A stretch of DNA of 64,000 nt from Pseudomonadota bacterium (GTDB taxonomy: Bacteria > Pseudomonadota > Alphaproteobacteria > Rhizobiales > CBDHHC01), in the NCBI GenBank assembly GCA_039033475.1, contig JBCCCO010000002.1, forward strand, positions 3,294 to 67,293. The letters run 5' to 3'. The position numbers were made by a program, and so were the translations under genes. Below are positions 40,700 to 51,713 of the stretch, one piece after another. Position 1 is the stretch's first letter. Each line of letters begins with the position of its first letter. The notes under the pieces are model-generated. The model searched no databases. It saw only the letters and a program-made list of their open reading frames with translations, and was not told where the DNA came from.

Positions 40700-41500
40700 T
40701 TACAAAAAATGCGATAGGTCCTTATAAATCGGCAGCTTACCATTGAGCGGATTGTCTGGAGCCCAGCCATATGTCATGGTTTCAAAACGCATCATTTTGG
40801 CATCAAAAATAAGGAGACGTCCAACAAGAGATTGGCCGATGCCAACACTTTCTTTCAAAACCTCAGTAGCTTGCATACTGCCCATCACGCCGACAACTGA
40901 GCCTAAAATTCCAACCTGTTCGCAATTTGGATTATCTTCAGTGGTCGGATCTTCTGGAAAAAGACAGCGGTAGTTTGGATTGGGCAAGCCTTTCTCATTT
41001 TTTTCATAAGACTTAAATGTTGTGAGTTGCCCATCAAACGGGCCAACAGCTGCAAACACAAGAGGGCGTTTTGCCAAATAGCACGCATCATTGACAAGAT
41101 AGCGTGTCTTGAAATTATCTGACCCATCAGCCACTATGTCATAGTCTGAAATGATTTTAAGTGCGTTGTGGGCATCAAGCTTTTCAGAAATAGGAACAAC
41201 ATGCACATGCGGGTTAAGCATATTAATAAATTTAGCGGCGCTATCAACTTTTGAACGTCCTGTTTGCGTGGTGGTATAAATTACCTGGCGCTGCAAATTA
41301 CTTAAAGAGACTGTGTCATCATCAATAATGCCAATTGTGCCGATACCAGCTGCGGCCAAATACATCACTACAGAAGAGCCAAGCCCGCCAGCTCCAACCA
41401 CTAAGACTTTTGTCTTCTTTAATTTTTGCTGACCGGCTCCCCCAATCTCTTTCAAGACAAGATGGCGTTGGTAGCGTTCAATTTCTTCAGAAGAGAGCAT
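40700..41500 (-). CDS. moeB: HesA/MoeB/ThiF family adenylyltransferase
   Basis: 266 aa; RYQRHLVLKEIG, VLVVGAGGLGSSVVMYLAAAGIG nucleotide-binding motif. Confidence 0.85.
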   Translation of the reverse strand: MLSSEEIERYQRHLVLKEIGGAGQQKLKKTKVLVVGAGGLGSSVVMYLAAAGIGTIGIIDDDTVSLSNLQRQVIYTTTQTGRSKVDSAAKFINMLNPHVHVVPISEKLDAHNALKIISDYDIVADGSDNFKTRYLVNDACYLAKRPLVFAAVGPFDGQLTTFKSYEKNEKGLPNPNYRCLFPEDPTTEDNPNCEQVGILGSVVGVMGSMQATEVLKESVGIGQSLVGRLLIFDAKMMRFETMTYGWAPDNPLNGKLPIYKDLSHFL

Positions 41501-41518
41501 CAGATCGTATTCTAATAA

Positions 41519-41995
41519 TTACACACCTGTGGAGCCAAACCCACCCTTATTGCGTTCTGTTGTGTTGATAATATCAACAGCTTGGATTTCTGCTTGAACA
41601 ACTTGCTGAATAACAATTTGAGCAATGCGCATGCCATGTTCAATGTTAAATGGCTCTGTTCCCAGATGGGTCAAAATGATTTTAACCTCCCCGCGATAAT
41701 CTGAATCGATTGTCCCAGGGCTGTTCAGAACTGTAATACCATGCTTAAATGCCAAGCCAGAGCGTGGCCGCACTTGTGCTTCAAATCCTAATGGAAGTTC
41801 AAAGCTCAGCCCCGTTGGAATCAGTTTATGTTCGCCAGGGTTTAACGTGATTGTCTCTCCCTCTCCTAAAGCCGCACGGACGTCAAACCCAGAAGCACCA
41901 GAAGTTTGATATTCTGGCAAAGGTAGATCTTCTGCGTGAGGAAGCTGTTTTATGCAGAGTTGCATTTTTGTTATTTTTTGTGGATTTTCAGTCAT
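41519..41995 (-). CDS. dut: dUTP diphosphatase
   Basis: 158 aa; GASGFDV, PRSGLAFKHGITVLNSPGTIDSDYRGE, GGFGSTG motifs. Confidence 0.95.
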   Translation of the reverse strand: MTENPQKITKMQLCIKQLPHAEDLPLPEYQTSGASGFDVRAALGEGETITLNPGEHKLIPTGLSFELPLGFEAQVRPRSGLAFKHGITVLNSPGTIDSDYRGEVKIILTHLGTEPFNIEHGMRIAQIVIQQVVQAEIQAVDIINTTERNKGGFGSTGV

Positions 41996-42034
41996 GTTTT
42001 TCGTAGGTTGATTATAAATCTACGCCTCTTTCAG

Positions 42035-42192
42035 TTGTCATTCCCGCGAAGGCGGGAATCTATTTGAAACTCTCAAAATGTTCTATTCTAACGTCCTAAA
42101 AAGATCAGTTGCAAATACTATGTGTTCAAACAAAATTTAAAGTAAGTCGCAACCATCATTTTAGATTCCCGCCTTTGCGGGAATGACGGCGG
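42035..42192. repeat. Palindromic element pair (cores facing, ~100-bp spacer)
   Basis: TTGTCATTCCCGCGAAGGCGGGAATCTA (42035-42062) and TAGATTCCCGCCTTTGCGGGAATGACGGCGG (42162-42192). Confidence 0.85.
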
Positions 42193-42242
42193 CTAGCATT
42201 TTGCAATTTTATCAAGACAGAGCATGTTAAAACTTTTCGGTT

Positions 42243-43454
42243 CTAATTCTTTTCTAAAAAATCGGCTGCTTGCAACATCAATTTTGTTGCAACCTCTTGT
42301 TTTGACATTTTTTCCCATTCTTCGACCCCTTGCGGGGTGATTAAGCAAACTTGATTGTTATCGCCTCCAAAGGTATCGGTTCCTTCAGAAACATTATTAG
42401 CAACAATCCAATTACATCCTTTGTCTTGGCGTTTTTTCAAAGCATTTGGGACAATATTTTCTGTTTCTGCTGCAAAACCCACCACAAGAGAGGGCCTATT
42501 GCTAGATATTTTTGAAAGAGTCTTTAAAATATCAGGTGTCTCGACAAGCTCTAACAACGGCGGATTTTTTGATGACTTATTTTTCTTTATTTTTTGTGAC
42601 GCAATTTCTGAGACTCCCCAGTCGGAAACAGCAGCAGCGCACACTGCAACATCAACCGGAAGATTTGTTTTGCAGGCTTGTAGCATATCTTTTGCCGTTT
42701 CCACATATACGGTTTGCACACCTTGCGGGGGCGGCAATTGAGTTGGCCCGGAAACAAGAATAACCTCAGCGCCTAACTCACGTGCTGCTGCGGCTATGGC
42801 ATAGCCCTGCTTACCAGAGGAGCGGTTGGTGATATAGCGCACCGGATCAATTGGCTCTTGTGTTGGCCCAGATGTTATCAGAATACGTCGTCCCATTAGG
42901 GGAGCATCTTGTGAAACAGCCAGGCGGCGTTCAATCGCAGCGACAATATCATCAACCTCTGCCATCCGGCCGGGGCCATACTCTCCACATGCCATATCTC
43001 CTTCTTCTGGGCCGACAAAGCATATGCCATCTTGCATGAGGCTTGCCAAATTGCGCTGCGTTGCCACGTGGTTCCACATGCGCACATTCATTGCAGGGGC
43101 CACAATAACGTCTTTATCTGTTGCAAGCAGCACCGTTGAGGCGAGGTCATCTGCTAAGCCATGCGCCATTTTAGCAAGGCAATTCGCACTGGCTGGCGCG
43201 ACAACAATAAGATCTGCATGACGCGAGAGTTGAATATGCCCGATTTCCGTTTCATCTTTTAAGTTAAATAATTCTGTAAAACACTCGGTTTCAGCCAATG
43301 TCGAGACAGTTAAAGGTGTAATAAATTGCGTTGCTGATTTGGTGAGCACCACCCGCACCTCAGCCCCTTTTTTCTTAAGCTGGCGGATAAGCTCAAGAGA
43401 TTTATAGGCCGCAATGCCACCTGTTATGATGAGTAAAATCTTTTTCGTATACAT
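42243..43454 (-). CDS. coaBC: bifunctional phosphopantothenoylcysteine decarboxylase / phosphopantothenate--cysteine ligase
   Basis: 403 aa; ILLIITGGIAAYKSLELIRQL flavoprotein N-domain, C-terminal CoaB domain. Confidence 0.93.
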   Translation of the reverse strand: MYTKKILLIITGGIAAYKSLELIRQLKKKGAEVRVVLTKSATQFITPLTVSTLAETECFTELFNLKDETEIGHIQLSRHADLIVVAPASANCLAKMAHGLADDLASTVLLATDKDVIVAPAMNVRMWNHVATQRNLASLMQDGICFVGPEEGDMACGEYGPGRMAEVDDIVAAIERRLAVSQDAPLMGRRILITSGPTQEPIDPVRYITNRSSGKQGYAIAAAARELGAEVILVSGPTQLPPPQGVQTVYVETAKDMLQACKTNLPVDVAVCAAAVSDWGVSEIASQKIKKNKSSKNPPLLELVETPDILKTLSKISSNRPSLVVGFAAETENIVPNALKKRQDKGCNWIVANNVSEGTDTFGGDNNQVCLITPQGVEEWEKMSKQEVATKLMLQAADFLEKN

Positions 43455-43486
43455 GGTTGTATCTTACTATAGCAGATTTAAAAAAT

Positions 43487-45064
43487 CTAAAACATCATTT
43501 GGATCGCTATAGCCAATAATGAGAGTGCCCCAACCCAAATCCCCAAGCGGGCATTGCGGGAAAAATGCGCTTGCTCCTGTGCAATTTTTTTAATGGTTTC
43601 TTCATCCAGCCTGAGGCCTGAAGCTGCCATATCCGATAAGGATTGCGCAGTGCTCTCTGCCCGGCTGAGCAAACCTGGGATATCTCCCATAAATTTACCA
43701 ATTGTAACCGCGCCATCAGCTGCCTCTTGCAAGCGGCCTTCTGCACCAAAATGTGACTTAACCCACTCGCGCACCACAGGATCGGCTATGGTCCACATGT
43801 TTAAATGCGGGTCCAAAGTGCGGGCAACCCCTTCAACCACTACCATGGTTTTTTGCAGCATAATCAACTCTGGCCGCGTTTCCATATCAAAAATCTCAGT
43901 GACCTGTAACAATTGACCAAGAAGTTTCGCCATAGAAATTTCATCTGCCGTTCGATCCATAAGTGGTTCTCCTATGGCACGCAGGGCTTGGGCAAAATCC
44001 TCAACCTTTTTGTGAGGGGGCACATAACCAGCCTCAAAATGGACCTCGGCAACACGCGTATAATTCTTGGTGATAAAGCCATACAAGATTTCGGCTAAAA
44101 ATCGTCGTTCTTTTAAGCCTAGGCGGCCCATAATGCCAAAATCAATGGCGACAAGGTTGCCATACTTATCAACAAAAAGGTTGCCTTGATGCATGTCAGC
44201 GTGAAAAAAACCATCGCGCATGGCATGGCGTAAAAAAGACTGGATGATAAGTCGTGCCAAAGCTTGCAAATCATGTCCGGCTTTTTTTATGGCTTCCACA
44301 TCTGACAAGGGGATGCCATCAATAAACTCGGTGGTGAGAACGTGTTTGCTGCTTTTCGTCCAGTCAACTTTTGGGATGCGGAATTTTGGGTCATTTATGG
44401 TGTTCTCACGCATTTCAGAAATTGCTGAGGCCTCCATGCGCAAATCCAGCTCCAGCTCAACGCTATAGGCCAGCGTTTGCACAACTGAAAGAGGCTTAAG
44501 CCTTCGTGATGGACGATGTAAAAACTCAATCATTTTGGCTGCGAAAAAATAACTCTCCAAATTCTTATGAAAATGCACTTCAATATTGGGCCTTAAAATT
44601 TTTACCGCAACATCGCGTGTTATTCCGTTATCTTCTACGCACGCTTTATGCACCTGAGCGACGGAGGCGGCAGCGATAGGTGGGCCAAAGTCTTTAAACA
44701 ACGTGTCGACATCTGCACCGAGCTCTGTTTTAATAATGCTTTCTGCATCTTGATATGAAAATGGGGGCAATTTGTCTCGCAACATAGCAAGATCACGTGC
44801 ATTTTCAGACCCAATCAAGTCATCGCGAGTTGCCAAAAATTGGCCAAGTTTAATGTAGCTCGGCCCTAACCGAGCCAGGGCCCGAGCAATGCGGTTATGC
44901 CGGGCATCGCTTGAGGAAAACAGTCTTAAAGGTGAAGTCAGATAACGAAAAATCTTTACCGGCAAGGGGAGGGCCAGGCCTTGCGGTAGCAAACGCACGC
45001 CATAACGCGCAAACACAAAGCCTGCGCGGGCCAGCCGGGTCATATTGAGTATCGCACTTGCCAT
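43487..45064 (-). CDS. ubiB: ubiquinone biosynthesis regulatory kinase-like protein UbiB (ABC1 family)
   Basis: 525 aa; LGPSYIKLGQFLATRDDL, AAASVAQVH, HADMHQGN motifs; C-terminal TM; abuts ubiE. Confidence 0.92.
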   Translation of the reverse strand: MASAILNMTRLARAGFVFARYGVRLLPQGLALPLPVKIFRYLTSPLRLFSSSDARHNRIARALARLGPSYIKLGQFLATRDDLIGSENARDLAMLRDKLPPFSYQDAESIIKTELGADVDTLFKDFGPPIAAASVAQVHKACVEDNGITRDVAVKILRPNIEVHFHKNLESYFFAAKMIEFLHRPSRRLKPLSVVQTLAYSVELELDLRMEASAISEMRENTINDPKFRIPKVDWTKSSKHVLTTEFIDGIPLSDVEAIKKAGHDLQALARLIIQSFLRHAMRDGFFHADMHQGNLFVDKYGNLVAIDFGIMGRLGLKERRFLAEILYGFITKNYTRVAEVHFEAGYVPPHKKVEDFAQALRAIGEPLMDRTADEISMAKLLGQLLQVTEIFDMETRPELIMLQKTMVVVEGVARTLDPHLNMWTIADPVVREWVKSHFGAEGRLQEAADGAVTIGKFMGDIPGLLSRAESTAQSLSDMAASGLRLDEETIKKIAQEQAHFSRNARLGIWVGALSLLAIAIQMMF

Positions 45065-45844
45065 TTATAACCGCCACCCTGAATGAAGAGCGGCAATGCC
45101 TCCTGTTAAATTCTTGTATTTCACCTGGCTGAAACCAGCGTGTCTGATCATATCAGCAAAGTCGTCTTGATCTGGAAAACGTCTTATACTTTCAACAAGA
45201 TATTGATAGGACTCGCGGTCATTGGCAATAAGCTCGCCCAATCTTGGTATGGTATGAAAAGAGTACAAATCATAAAGTTTATCAAGAAATGGCATTTGTA
45301 CATCTGAAAACTCTAGGCATAAAAAGCGCCCACCGGTACGCAAAACGCGATGCGCTTCTTTTAAGGCTTGCTCTATCCGTGGCACATTGCGAATACCAAA
45401 AGAAATTGTATATGCGTCAAAAGACTTATCTGCAAAGGGAAGGTGTTCTGCATTGCCTTCCGTGAATGTGATGTCTTGCTCTAGGCCTCGGTCATAAGCG
45501 CGCCTTTTGCCTTCATCCAACATTTCAGGGCTTATATCGCAAATCACCATTTTTGCGCCATCTCCAGAGGCTTTGATAAACCGCTCTGCGATATCCCCTG
45601 TGCCACCTGCCACATCAAGCAATTTGAATGATGTTGCCCCTTTTGGCGGGGCAAGCCAGTTGATCATATCATCCTTCCACAGCCTATGCAGGCCAGCAGA
45701 CATGACATCATTCATAATATCATATGTGTTTGCAGATTTTGCAAAAACCTCGTTCACAAGCTCTTGCTTATCCTCCAAATTGACAGTTTTGGCGCCGAAA
45801 CTTGCTTTGACTTGCTCAAAGATGGTGCTAGATGTGTCAGACAT
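45065..45844 (-). CDS. ubiE: ubiquinone/menaquinone biosynthesis C-methyltransferase
   Basis: 259 aa; [17 protein letters not shown] and [12 protein letters not shown] motifs. Confidence 0.94.
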   Translation of the reverse strand: MSDTSSTIFEQVKASFGAKTVNLEDKQELVNEVFAKSANTYDIMNDVMSAGLHRLWKDDMINWLAPPKGATSFKLLDVAGGTGDIAERFIKASGDGAKMVICDISPEMLDEGKRRAYDRGLEQDITFTEGNAEHLPFADKSFDAYTISFGIRNVPRIEQALKEAHRVLRTGGRFLCLEFSDVQMPFLDKLYDLYSFHTIPRLGELIANDRESYQYLVESIRRFPDQDDFADMIRHAGFSQVKYKNLTGGIAALHSGWRL

Positions 45845-45882
45845 TATAAGACTTTCATTCGTATAGCCGTTTAACCTCGATA

Positions 45883-45990
45883 GGATTAAGGAAATAGAAT
45901 TTTATGTGCAAAAAACTCTCCAACGTCATTCCAGCGCAAGCTGGAATCTAAAAAATTGCAGCCAGATCCCAGCTTTCGCTGGAATGACGG
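45883..45990. repeat. Full palindromic element (arm, two facing cores 13 bp apart)
   Basis: ACGTCATTCCAGCGCAAGCTGGAATCTA (45923-45950) and AGATCCCAGCTTTCGCTGGAATGACGG (45964-45990); left arm GGATTAAGGAAATAGAATTTTATG... Confidence 0.85.
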
Positions 45991-46102
45991 AGTATACTGT
46001 AAATCCGTAATTTTATATGCGATTACTCGCAAGACAGTGAAGCAGTTTTTTTCCTTATTCTATAACCAAAAACTGAAGTTATTTAAGAATACATAACATT
46101 TT

Positions 46103-46996
46103 ATGCCAGAATTGCCAGAAGTTGAAACTGTAAGAAATGGTCTTGCCCCTGTTATGGAAGGAGCGGTGATCACATCTGTACAGCAAAACAGGCCAGATTT
46201 GCGCTTTCCACTGCCCCAAGGCTTTGCCAAACGTTTGCAAGGGGTGCAAATTCAATCTCTAGAGCGGCGTGCGAAATATATCCTGGGCCATTTAACAAAC
46301 AACGACATTCTTGTGATGCATCTTGGTATGAGTGGCCGATTTATCATTGATTTTCAAGAGGGCAACACACCGCACGCACAAAAACCTGGGGGCTTTATCT
46401 ATCATAATTCCCAGCGTTCTATCCATGACCATATCATTTTTCATTTACACAATGGTGCACGTATTCGTTACAATGATACAAGACGTTTTGGTTTTATGAC
46501 CTTGATTGAAAAGAGTGAATTGGATACGCATAAATTTTTTCATGCTCTTGGTGTTGAGCCTTTGAGTAAAACCTTCACTCCAGACTATTTGGCAGAAAAA
46601 GCGCTCCAAAAAAATACAAGCCTGAAAGCATTTTTGCTGAACCAAAAAATAATTGCAGGATTAGGCAATATCTATGTGTGTGAGGCCTTGCATATGGCGG
46701 GTTTGTCGCCTAAGCGTAAGGCGTCTGTTTTGGCCACATCCAAAGGCAAGGCAAATGTGAAATGCAAAGCATTGGTTGAGGCCATTCAAATAGTGCTGCA
46801 AAAAGCAATTGCGGCTGGGGGATCAACACTTAAAGATCACCGCCAAGCAGATGGTAGTTTGGGGTATTTTCAGCATAGTTTTCAGGTTTATAACCGCGCT
46901 GGCGAGGCGTGTTTGCGTTCAAAATGTGAGGGGAGCATTGTGCGGGAAACCCAAAACGGCAGGTCCAGTTTCTATTGTAATCACTGCCAAAAATAA
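46103..46996 (+). CDS. mutM: formamidopyrimidine-DNA glycosylase
   Basis: 297 aa; MPELPEVE N-terminus, C-terminal zinc finger CxxC...CxxC. Confidence 0.95.
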   Translation: MPELPEVETVRNGLAPVMEGAVITSVQQNRPDLRFPLPQGFAKRLQGVQIQSLERRAKYILGHLTNNDILVMHLGMSGRFIIDFQEGNTPHAQKPGGFIYHNSQRSIHDHIIFHLHNGARIRYNDTRRFGFMTLIEKSELDTHKFFHALGVEPLSKTFTPDYLAEKALQKNTSLKAFLLNQKIIAGLGNIYVCEALHMAGLSPKRKASVLATSKGKANVKCKALVEAIQIVLQKAIAAGGSTLKDHRQADGSLGYFQHSFQVYNRAGEACLRSKCEGSIVRETQNGRSSFYCNHCQK

Positions 46997-47045
46997 CACA
47001 GCATATAGCGGGGCTTAAATAAGGTTCAATACTAGGAGAAGCGGT

Positions 47046-47819
47046 ATGGCTTTTGACACACTATCAATAGAACATCATGGCAAGGTTGGGGTCATCAAGC
47101 TGGACCGGCCTGATGCTTTAAATGCAATCAACCGGCAACTTATAGAGGAGTTGGGAACAGCTCTGAAGCAACAAGATCAAGATGATCATGTTGGTTGCAT
47201 TATCATTACGGGAAGTGAGAAAGCCTTTGCAGCCGGTGCTGATGTGAAAGAGATGCAAAGCTATTCTTACATAGAGGCCACGAAAGAAGATTTTCTATCA
47301 CCTTGGGATGAGGTGCCAAAAACGCGTAAACCTGTCATTGCCGCTGTTTGTGGATATGCGCTGGGGGGCGGCTGTGAACTGGCTATGATGTGTGATTTCA
47401 TTATTTGTTCGGACACTGCGAAGTTTGGCCAGCCTGAAATCACCCTTGGAATTATGCCAGGGGTTGGAGGCACTCAACGGTTAACCCGTCTGATTGGTAA
47501 AGCCAAAGCCATGGAGATGTGCTTGACAGGGCGCACCATGAGCGCACAAGAAGCCGAAAGTGTTGGTCTGGTGAGCCGTGTGGTGCCTGCTAATGAACTT
47601 ATGGATACTGCTCTAAAAACAGCGGAAAAAATTGCAGAATTTTCCAAACCGATTGTGGCAATGACCAAAGCAACTGTAAACCGTGCGTATGAAACCACAT
47701 TGGCCGAAGGATTGCGCTATGAACGTCAGACCTTTTATTCAATGTTTTCGACGGATGATCAAAAAGAAGGGATGCAAGCTTTTATTGACAAACGTTCAGC
47801 CAAATTTCGGGATCATTAG
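47046..47819 (+). CDS. enoyl-CoA hydratase (crotonase family)
   Basis: 257 aa; FAAGADVKEM and GYALGGGCELAMMCD oxyanion-hole motifs. Confidence 0.9.
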   Translation: MAFDTLSIEHHGKVGVIKLDRPDALNAINRQLIEELGTALKQQDQDDHVGCIIITGSEKAFAAGADVKEMQSYSYIEATKEDFLSPWDEVPKTRKPVIAAVCGYALGGGCELAMMCDFIICSDTAKFGQPEITLGIMPGVGGTQRLTRLIGKAKAMEMCLTGRTMSAQEAESVGLVSRVVPANELMDTALKTAEKIAEFSKPIVAMTKATVNRAYETTLAEGLRYERQTFYSMFSTDDQKEGMQAFIDKRSAKFRDH

Positions 47820-47843
47820 AAGCTTCATTAACAGAGACGTGCT

Positions 47844-48806
47844 ATGTCATTTCGTATTGTTTTTATGGGAACACCAGATTTTTCGGTCCCGGTTCTGTCC
47901 CATTTGATTAGCGCAGGCCACGATGTTGCTGCCGTTTATTCTCAACCTCCACGGCCTAAAGGGCGCGGTATGGATGTGCGCAAATCTCCCGTTCAAGAAT
48001 GTGCAGAACAGATGGGTATTCCTGTCCATACACCAAAAAGTCTCAAAATAAGTGAAGCGCAGGAGGTCTTTATCTCCCATTATGCAGACTTGGCTGTTGT
48101 TGTAGCCTATGGTTTGATTTTGCCAAAAGCCATTTTAGATGCACCTAAAATGGGGTGTTTTAATATTCATGCGTCGTTGTTGCCGCGTTGGCGTGGAGCA
48201 GCTCCGATTCAGCGCGCTATTATGGCAGGAGATCAAATGAGCGGCGTGATGATTATGAAAATGGATGAGGGGCTTGATACCGGAGACATTTGTCTTGTTG
48301 AGCGTATTGAGATTGGCGCGAATACGACGGCAGGTGAGTTACATGATAAGCTTTCGCACACTGGAGCTGATTTGATAACCCGTTCTCTTGCGGCCCTTTC
48401 ACGAGACAGTTTGATGTTCACACAGCAACCCGAAGAGGGTGTGACCTATGCAGAAAAAATTAAAAAAGCTGAAGCTAAAATTAGTTGGGCGAAGTCTGCT
48501 CAAGAGGTCCATAACCATATACGCGGTTTGTCTCCATTCCCTGGTGCATGGTTTGAAGCCACAATCAGAGGAAAACAAGAAAGGGTAAAAGTGTTGCTCA
48601 GTGTTCTATCTGGTATTGAAAAACAGAACCAAAATGCAGTGCCTGGAACACTTCTAGAGACAAATCTAACGATCGCTTGCGCCACAGGAAAAGTGCAATT
48701 GCTTCAAGTTCAACGCGGCGGCAAAAAGCCGATGTCTGGTGAAGAATTTTTGCGAGGCGTTGATTTGGAAGTTGGGACAGTTTTTGCCAACAGATCTTCA
48801 GCCTAA
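47844..48806 (+). CDS. fmt: methionyl-tRNA formyltransferase
   Basis: 320 aa; [32 protein letters not shown] motifs. Confidence 0.95.
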   Translation: MSFRIVFMGTPDFSVPVLSHLISAGHDVAAVYSQPPRPKGRGMDVRKSPVQECAEQMGIPVHTPKSLKISEAQEVFISHYADLAVVVAYGLILPKAILDAPKMGCFNIHASLLPRWRGAAPIQRAIMAGDQMSGVMIMKMDEGLDTGDICLVERIEIGANTTAGELHDKLSHTGADLITRSLAALSRDSLMFTQQPEEGVTYAEKIKKAEAKISWAKSAQEVHNHIRGLSPFPGAWFEATIRGKQERVKVLLSVLSGIEKQNQNAVPGTLLETNLTIACATGKVQLLQVQRGGKKPMSGEEFLRGVDLEVGTVFANRSSA

Positions 48807-49456
48807 TAATTTAAAGCCAATACAAGGGCATTGACATTACCCCCTTGCTCACTAACAAAATTATTAAATAAATCCCTTTGAAAAGGAACCAGCCAAAACC
48901 CTAAAACTTTTGCATCTCTGATTTTAAACGTTCTTTTGTGCTTTTTAATACGCCATTGCACATCATATTCGGTTCCGTCTTCTAAAATAACTTTGCTATC
49001 TACAAGATAAGAATTTTTTCGAATACCGCCCAAACCTAAAATTTCAGCTTTTGCTATCTTATACTGTTTGCTTTGTCCAATCAGATAGCGAGCCATAAAT
49101 TTGGCCACTCCGCGTTGATAAACACGGCGCCGTGAATTAGGTAGCTTTTTCGCATAATCGCCTAAAGAGTAAGTGCCAATGCCAGACATATCAGCGTAAC
49201 TCGCAATAACTCGCTGCATCTGCTTTTTAGACCCGGATTTTGCCGCTGCAAGTAATTTTTTCGCGACAGCCTCCATAAAAACAACCGGTTTCTCTTTTTT
49301 CTTTGCGGCATGAACGGAAGCAGAATGTAAAAAAGAGGCCAACAGTATAAGTAAAGCGCATGCTGTCATATAAAAGCTGCGGAATATATTCAAATTAGTC
49401 ATTGCTAATGGTCTCATTTTAGATTTCATTCTGACTACAAGCATTCTAGCTAACAA
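48803..49456 (-). CDS. MlaC/Ttg2D-like periplasmic lipid-binding protein (tentative)
   Basis: Signal peptide ...[17 protein letters not shown]; C-terminal pattern W..........[36 protein letters not shown] resembles the MlaC family; start codon uncertain (track start is TTG). Confidence 0.55.
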   Translation of the reverse strand: MLARMLVVRMKSKMRPLAMTNLNIFRSFYMTACALLILLASFLHSASVHAAKKKEKPVVFMEAVAKKLLAAAKSGSKKQMQRVIASYADMSGIGTYSLGDYAKKLPNSRRRVYQRGVAKFMARYLIGQSKQYKIAKAEILGLGGIRKNSYLVDSKVILEDGTEYDVQWRIKKHKRTFKIRDAKVLGFWLVPFQRDLFNNFVSEQGGNVNALVLALNY

Positions 49457-49755
49457 ATTGTAAATCTTAATTCAAATCATAACAAATACTAAAATTACAA
49501 TCAAATCCATAGTGTTGTTATTCATGAAATCCATACTGTAATCGCATATTAAAAATCGCATTTTGAAAGCTGAATTTTGTTTTTTCGTATTAGGAGAAAA
49601 TATCCGATTTATGGTATTTTTTAGAAATTAATTATGTAAAAGCCCAGATTTTTAATGTATTTGAGATTTTTTTTACTGGGATTAGAAAAAATTCTTGATT
49701 TTCCTCGGATAAGGTATAAGCATATCTTTATATCCATGATCTTTAGTGCGGCATT

Positions 49756-50802
49756 GTGACATACTCTCTCTCTACAGAAGCTTATCTTAACATTTTGCGT
49801 GCTGCTGGTGAAGCGACACGCTTACGCCTGTTGGTACTCTTTCAGGGGGGTGAGTTAAATGTCAAGGATCTCACGCAGATACTTGGGCAAAGCCAGCCGC
49901 GCATAAGCCGTCATTTGAAGATTCTATTGGACGCAGAACTCATTGAGCGTTTTCAAGAAGGCAGTTGGGTTTATTTCCGATTGGTGGAAAACAATAAAAC
50001 TGGTGGTACTATTCGCAAGCTCTTAGCTGAAATTGACTTCGATGATCCAATTTTGGTTCGGGATCAAATGAAAGCAAAAGCTGTCAAAACAGCGCGGGCA
50101 GAAGCTGCCCAAAGCTACTTCCGCAACCATGCGGCAGATTGGGACAAAATCAGATCACTCCATGTTTCAGAAGCTGCCGTCGAAAAGGCAATGATGGAGA
50201 TGTTAGGCTCTGGTCCTTTTGATGTTTTTGTTGATCTGGGAACGGGAACCGGGCGGGTGTTAGAACTCTTTGCAAAGAACATTGATCGCGGAATTGGTGT
50301 TGATATCAACCACGATATGTTATCTTACGCCAGAAGCAATCTGGAAAAAGAAGGTTTAAACCACTGTCAGGTGCGCTTTGGTGACTTGTTCCACCTCTCT
50401 TTTAATAATAACACGGCCGATGTGGTCGTGTTGCACCAGGTGCTGCATTTCTTATCTGACCCATCAGGCGCACTTCTGGAAGCTTGCCGTATTTTAAAGC
50501 CTGGTGGGAAGCTTTTGATTGTTGATTTTGCCGCCCATGATCTTGAATTTTTGCGCGAGCAATATGCACACCAGCGCTTGGGATTTGACCAGGGGCATGT
50601 CAAAAAGTTGATTCAAACATATGGCTTGAGTCTGACAAAGCAAATAAACCTGACCCCAAATTTAAATCAACAAACACATCAATTAACAGTTGCTCTCTGG
50701 TTGGCTTCAAAACCAAAAACACAACCACATAGCATTGTAAACAATGAATCTCAAAATGAGCCTTATACGCAAGAAATGGTAAGGAGTATGACATCATGTT
50801 AG
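49756..50802 (+). CDS. ArsR/SmtB-type HTH fused to a class I SAM-dependent methyltransferase
   Basis: 348 aa, GTG start; N-terminal RLRLLVLF...ELNVKDLTQILGQSQPRISRHLKIL wHTH; VDLGTGTGR SAM motif; precedes metF. Confidence 0.85.
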   Translation: MTYSLSTEAYLNILRAAGEATRLRLLVLFQGGELNVKDLTQILGQSQPRISRHLKILLDAELIERFQEGSWVYFRLVENNKTGGTIRKLLAEIDFDDPILVRDQMKAKAVKTARAEAAQSYFRNHAADWDKIRSLHVSEAAVEKAMMEMLGSGPFDVFVDLGTGTGRVLELFAKNIDRGIGVDINHDMLSYARSNLEKEGLNHCQVRFGDLFHLSFNNNTADVVVLHQVLHFLSDPSGALLEACRILKPGGKLLIVDFAAHDLEFLREQYAHQRLGFDQGHVKKLIQTYGLSLTKQINLTPNLNQQTHQLTVALWLASKPKTQPHSIVNNESQNEPYTQEMVRSMTSC

Positions 50803-51701
50803 ACCCCATTAAGAATGCAAGCCGATCTTTATCTGGCCAAGATTTAAAAGTGTCATTTGAATTTTTTCCTCCCAAAACAGAAAAAATGGAAGGAACACTA
50901 TGGAACTCAATCTCACAATTAGCACAGCTTAATCCAGATTTTGTGTCTGTTACTTACGGTGCTGGTGGCTCAACACGCGAGCGAACCCATGCGACAGTTG
51001 CCCGCATTCTTCGTGAAACACATTTAAAGCCAGCTGCTCACCTGACATGTGTGGCCGCAACACGAAAAGAGGTTGACGATGTAGTCAAGTCTTATTGGGA
51101 TGTTGGTGTCCGCCATATTGTAGCTTTGCGTGGTGATCCACCTGAAGGCGTTGGGCAAACGTTTCAAGCTCATCCAGAGGGGTATCAAAGCAGTATCGAG
51201 CTGATCAAAGGCATTAAAGCCATTGGAGACTTTGAGGTTTCTGTGTCTGCTTATCCAGAACAGCATCCTGAAAGTCGTAACTTGGATGAAGATTTGGATA
51301 TGCTTGAAGCTAAAGTAGAAGCTGGGGCAACTCGTGCAATCACACAATTCTTTTTTGATAACGATTATTATTTGCGTTATCTGGAAGCTGTTCGTGCGCG
51401 CGGCATAACAATACCGATAATTCCTGGCCTTATTCCAATTTATAGCTTTAAGCAAATTTCGAAATTTGCCGCTCAATGCGGAACAACTTTGCCAACATGG
51501 TTGGCTCACCGTTTTGAAGGCTTGGAAAATGACCCGGATACTTGCAAGCTCGTTGCAACGGCTGTCGCCGCAGAACAGGTTATGGAGTTGGCGGACCATG
51601 GCATCCGCGATTTCCATTTTTACACGCTTAACCGTGCGGAACTTGTGTACGCAATTTGTCATCTTTTGGGAATGCGCGCAGAGGAAATCGAAGCTGTTTA
51701 A
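50796..51701 (+). CDS. metF: methylenetetrahydrofolate reductase
   Basis: 301 aa; SFEFFPPKT, SVTYGAGGSTRE, ALRGDPP motifs; 7-nt overlap with the upstream gene. Confidence 0.94.
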   Translation: MLDPIKNASRSLSGQDLKVSFEFFPPKTEKMEGTLWNSISQLAQLNPDFVSVTYGAGGSTRERTHATVARILRETHLKPAAHLTCVAATRKEVDDVVKSYWDVGVRHIVALRGDPPEGVGQTFQAHPEGYQSSIELIKGIKAIGDFEVSVSAYPEQHPESRNLDEDLDMLEAKVEAGATRAITQFFFDNDYYLRYLEAVRARGITIPIIPGLIPIYSFKQISKFAAQCGTTLPTWLAHRFEGLENDPDTCKLVATAVAAEQVMELADHGIRDFHFYTLNRAELVYAICHLLGMRAEEIEAV

Positions 51702-51713
51702 GAAAGAAATAAA

